A stretch of 63,998 nucleotides of DNA, the filler included, from Stramenopiles sp. TOSAG23-3 (taxonomy: Eukaryota), in the NCBI GenBank assembly GCA_900128585.1. It is 4 parts of 4 records of this genome, joined end to end, with 100 filler letters (N's around TTAATTAATTAA, not from the genome) between each part and the next. Parts side by side here need not be neighbours in the genome. Positions count along the whole stretch, not along the records: positions 49,671 to 63,998 come from LT642572.1; 3 more parts are not named here. One strand, 5' to 3'. Position 1 is the stretch's first letter; each line of letters begins with the position of its first letter. A program made the position numbers and the translations under genes. Shown in pieces: positions 61,464 to 63,998 of the stretch. The notes under the pieces are model-generated. The model searched no databases and was not told the origin of the DNA. It was given only the letters and a program-made list of their open reading frames with translations.

Positions 61464-63773
61464 ATGGACGGAGAAGGGAGTGGCAGTAACTATGCTGAAT
61501 CGTTCGAGGGTGGAAAAACCCGTGTACTTATGCACCGGAGTGGATCGGTGGAGGTTCAACAGTTTCCTTTTCGGGAAAGCGACGACGACGGTGATGAAAT
61601 AATTGGCAGCAGAGCGGCGGAGTCCGTCCAGGACGGCGGCGGCAGCGTTGGTAGCAGGGCCAGCCGCGGGGCGCAGCACGGGCAAGGGGCTGCGTTGTCC
61701 ACGGCGGAACTGTACAGCCGTTCCCACCCCCCGGCACAGCACAACACGCCCACCTTGCTGTTCACCGGGACTGCCTCGAACCAGTCCAGCACGTACGGGG
61801 TCGGAGCGAACAACAGCCGCGCGGTGCTCTCCGCACTGCGCGCCTTGCAGGACAAAATTCGCAACTTGGAGGGCGAGCGGAGCCAGTACGCAAAGCAGTG
61901 CAGCAAGCTGGAGGAAAGCCTGCAGGAGTATCGGAATCAGATCGGGGACGAGAAGAAGAGGGTGGAGGAGGAGCACTCGAAGCGCCACCGCGAGTTGTCG
62001 TTGGCGTCGAAGCAGACCCACGAGTTAGAAGTGTCTGCGGCAAGGTCGGAGGAGCGCGAGGTCGCGATGAAGAAAGAGCTGGACCAGAAGTCGCACGTCC
62101 TGGAAAAGGTGGAGAAGGACCACGGGGCATTGGTGGAAAAGTTCCGTTCGGAGACGACCCGGTTGACGACAAAGTTGGAAGAAGCAGCAAGGGATTTTAC
62201 GGCGCAGCTGATCAAGAAAGACGCGAGCCTTGAGTCGGAGCGCGCCCAGCGTCACGCCCTGGAAATCAAGGTAGCAGACGCCAACGAGTTTATCGCGCAG
62301 TGTGTCGATTTGAACGAAAAGCTTGTCGAGGAAAACAAGAACATTGTACAGAAAAACAGCAAGCTGGCCGAGCAGTTGGTGAGGCTCGAGCGCGACCTGA
62401 TCAAGGCGCGGAACCCCCCGGGGCCCGCCCCAGAGCCGGGCCGGAGGAACAAGCTGGGAACCGGTCGACCGCGGCGGTCCAAGCGCACGGGACGGGCAAA
62501 GCCTTCCACGCGACGAAAGGGCAGGGCGAAACGCCTGGACCGGCCCACCGCGTCCTCTGCCCGGCGAAGCGTTAAAAACAGCCCAGAAGCAGACCGGGAC
62601 GGCGACACGTCGAACCACGACCGCCACCTGAACTTGAAAGAGCAAATGAGGCGCGCCAACTTGGGCAAAGATCCGCCTTTTATGCCGAGCGGAAATGCAA
62701 ACGCACCGGACCGGAACGTGTACTCGATCACGCAACGGCGGCTGGGCGACTCCAAGGCCTTCGGGGAAGTCCCTATGAAGAGGCGCCCCGACCGCACCCC
62801 CCGCCGCCACCGCAGCCCACCAAAGCACCGTGACTCCCAGCACGTGCTGTCGCACTCTCAGCGGGCCTCTCCTCCTGCCCCGGCAGCCCCCTCGGTGCTC
62901 GCTAGTTCCGGGGGGAGCAATATGAGGGTACTCTTGCACCGGAGTGGGTCTGTCGAGGTCCAACAATCCGGCCCTGCCATGGCCACTGCGCCCCCAGTCC
63001 CCGTGTCTGTTGGCAGCGACAAGCTGGTGCCGAACGTGGAGGTGTCGATAGGAAACAGGACGGTCGGGCTGGTTGGGAGCCCCCAAACCAGCGCCCGGGC
63101 CGCCCCGGAGTCCCCGCCGATGCCGAAGGCCTTGTCCTTCAACGTTCGCCCTGATTTCTCGGCTTCCGCCTCCTCCTTCAACGCCAGAGTCGGGGAGAGC
63201 CAGGCGTCCGCTGGTGGGAAAGGCTTGACGAAGGTCCTGGCGGACATGGAGGCAGAGTACGCCGACCTGCACGCCAGGTACCGGAGCATGCAGAAATCGG
63301 TCGAGCGGGCGAACAGGAGCAATTTAAACGTCAACAAGGATGCGTTAGACAGCGCGATGGCTGCGCTGGTGGCAAAGCTTCAGTCAAAGTCGGAGCAATT
63401 GATGATCCTTCGAAGACAGGTTTACCTCGCAACCAACCAAAAGAACATCGCCCAGGATCACCCCCCACCCCCAAGGGCGATCAGCCCGGACAGTAGTGTA
63501 ATAGGAATAAACGTAGACGGCGGCGGCGAACGCGTCGCGGGGGAAAGCTTCGTCGTCGACGACGACGTGGGGGCGCGGCGGGGAGAAGGGAGTAGTCGGG
63601 GCCGAAGCAGAAGCCGGAGCAGGAGTCGAAGCAGAAGCCGGAGCAGGAGTCGAAGCAGAAGCCGAAGCAGAAGCCCGGCAGGAATATATAGTCCTGTGCG
63701 CGAGAGAGAGGCCTTTGAGAGGAAGAAAGTAGCCCTGAAGCTCTTGCGACAGTACAAAGAGACGGTCATTTAA
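61464..63773 (+). CDS. CEP57: Centrosomal protein CEP57/translokin-like
   Basis: NSRAVLSALRALQDKIRNLEGER (centrosome-localisation domain), PFMPSG...NVYS..Q (PINC-like) and LTKVLADMEAEY...LVAKLQSKSEQL (microtubule-binding domain). Confidence 0.85.
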   Translation: MDGEGSGSNYAESFEGGKTRVLMHRSGSVEVQQFPFRESDDDGDEIIGSRAAESVQDGGGSVGSRASRGAQHGQGAALSTAELYSRSHPPAQHNTPTLLFTGTASNQSSTYGVGANNSRAVLSALRALQDKIRNLEGERSQYAKQCSKLEESLQEYRNQIGDEKKRVEEEHSKRHRELSLASKQTHELEVSAARSEEREVAMKKELDQKSHVLEKVEKDHGALVEKFRSETTRLTTKLEEAARDFTAQLIKKDASLESERAQRHALEIKVADANEFIAQCVDLNEKLVEENKNIVQKNSKLAEQLVRLERDLIKARNPPGPAPEPGRRNKLGTGRPRRSKRTGRAKPSTRRKGRAKRLDRPTASSARRSVKNSPEADRDGDTSNHDRHLNLKEQMRRANLGKDPPFMPSGNANAPDRNVYSITQRRLGDSKAFGEVPMKRRPDRTPRRHRSPPKHRDSQHVLSHSQRASPPAPAAPSVLASSGGSNMRVLLHRSGSVEVQQSGPAMATAPPVPVSVGSDKLVPNVEVSIGNRTVGLVGSPQTSARAAPESPPMPKALSFNVRPDFSASASSFNARVGESQASAGGKGLTKVLADMEAEYADLHARYRSMQKSVERANRSNLNVNKDALDSAMAALVAKLQSKSEQLMILRRQVYLATNQKNIAQDHPPPPRAISPDSSVIGINVDGGGERVAGESFVVDDDVGARRGEGSSRGRSRSRSRSRSRSRSRSRSRSRSRSPAGIYSPVREREAFERKKVALKLLRQYKETVI
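63593..63675 (+). repeat. Coding minisatellite giving an RS dipeptide tract
   Basis: 24-nt unit gaagcagaagccggagcaggagtc, encoding (SR)n. Confidence 0.9.
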
Positions 63774-63998
63774 AGCAAGGCAACAAACGGGTTATACAAC
63801 ACGCACAGACTATCTTCTTATGATGGAGATATAAAATTAAGCTATTAGTTTTTTTACATTAAAAAAACAAAAAATTGGCCGTACACTTTATTAATACTAT
63901 TTCATTTTTTTCGTATGAAAAGATCGTACAAGGATTGATTTATCTCTGAGTGAGATATCGGATGAGGACGTTAATGGACAAATGGAATCAAATCGTTC

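Overview
Eukaryotic nuclear DNA from a compact, almost intron-free protist genome. Coding DNA is roughly 45-55% GC, spacers are AT-rich and low-complexity, and the standard genetic code is used. The gene set (CEP57, Sfi1-like, cathepsin B, Dispatched-like, Cys-less pLGIC) fits a flagellated heterotroph, possibly a stramenopile; that placement is inference only. The window is not one locus: it is four contigs of about 16 kb joined by artificial 100-nt linkers (44N-TTAATTAATTAA-44N). Recognisable genes are TOM22, an aldose epimerase, a Dispatched-like protein, GSS, BMS1, NAMPT, a PhyH dioxygenase, an ABCB half-transporter, an SDR, cathepsin B, APE1, URB2, MPST and CEP57. Most notable observations: (1) an Hv1-type proton channel fused to EF-hands and lacking the first S4 arginine; (2) a Cys-less pentameric channel with no signal peptide, whose charge pattern suggests inverted topology; (3) a multi-peptide precursor of cationic Cys-rich peptides separated by RxLR/RRL sites; (4) an XK-scramblase-like domain fused to a long LRR array; (5) a dispersed ~25-nt motif behind gene 3' ends on all four contigs; (6) intergenic GTAC and TACGAGG palindrome clusters. 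All family calls are by motif recognition from memory; no searches were run.
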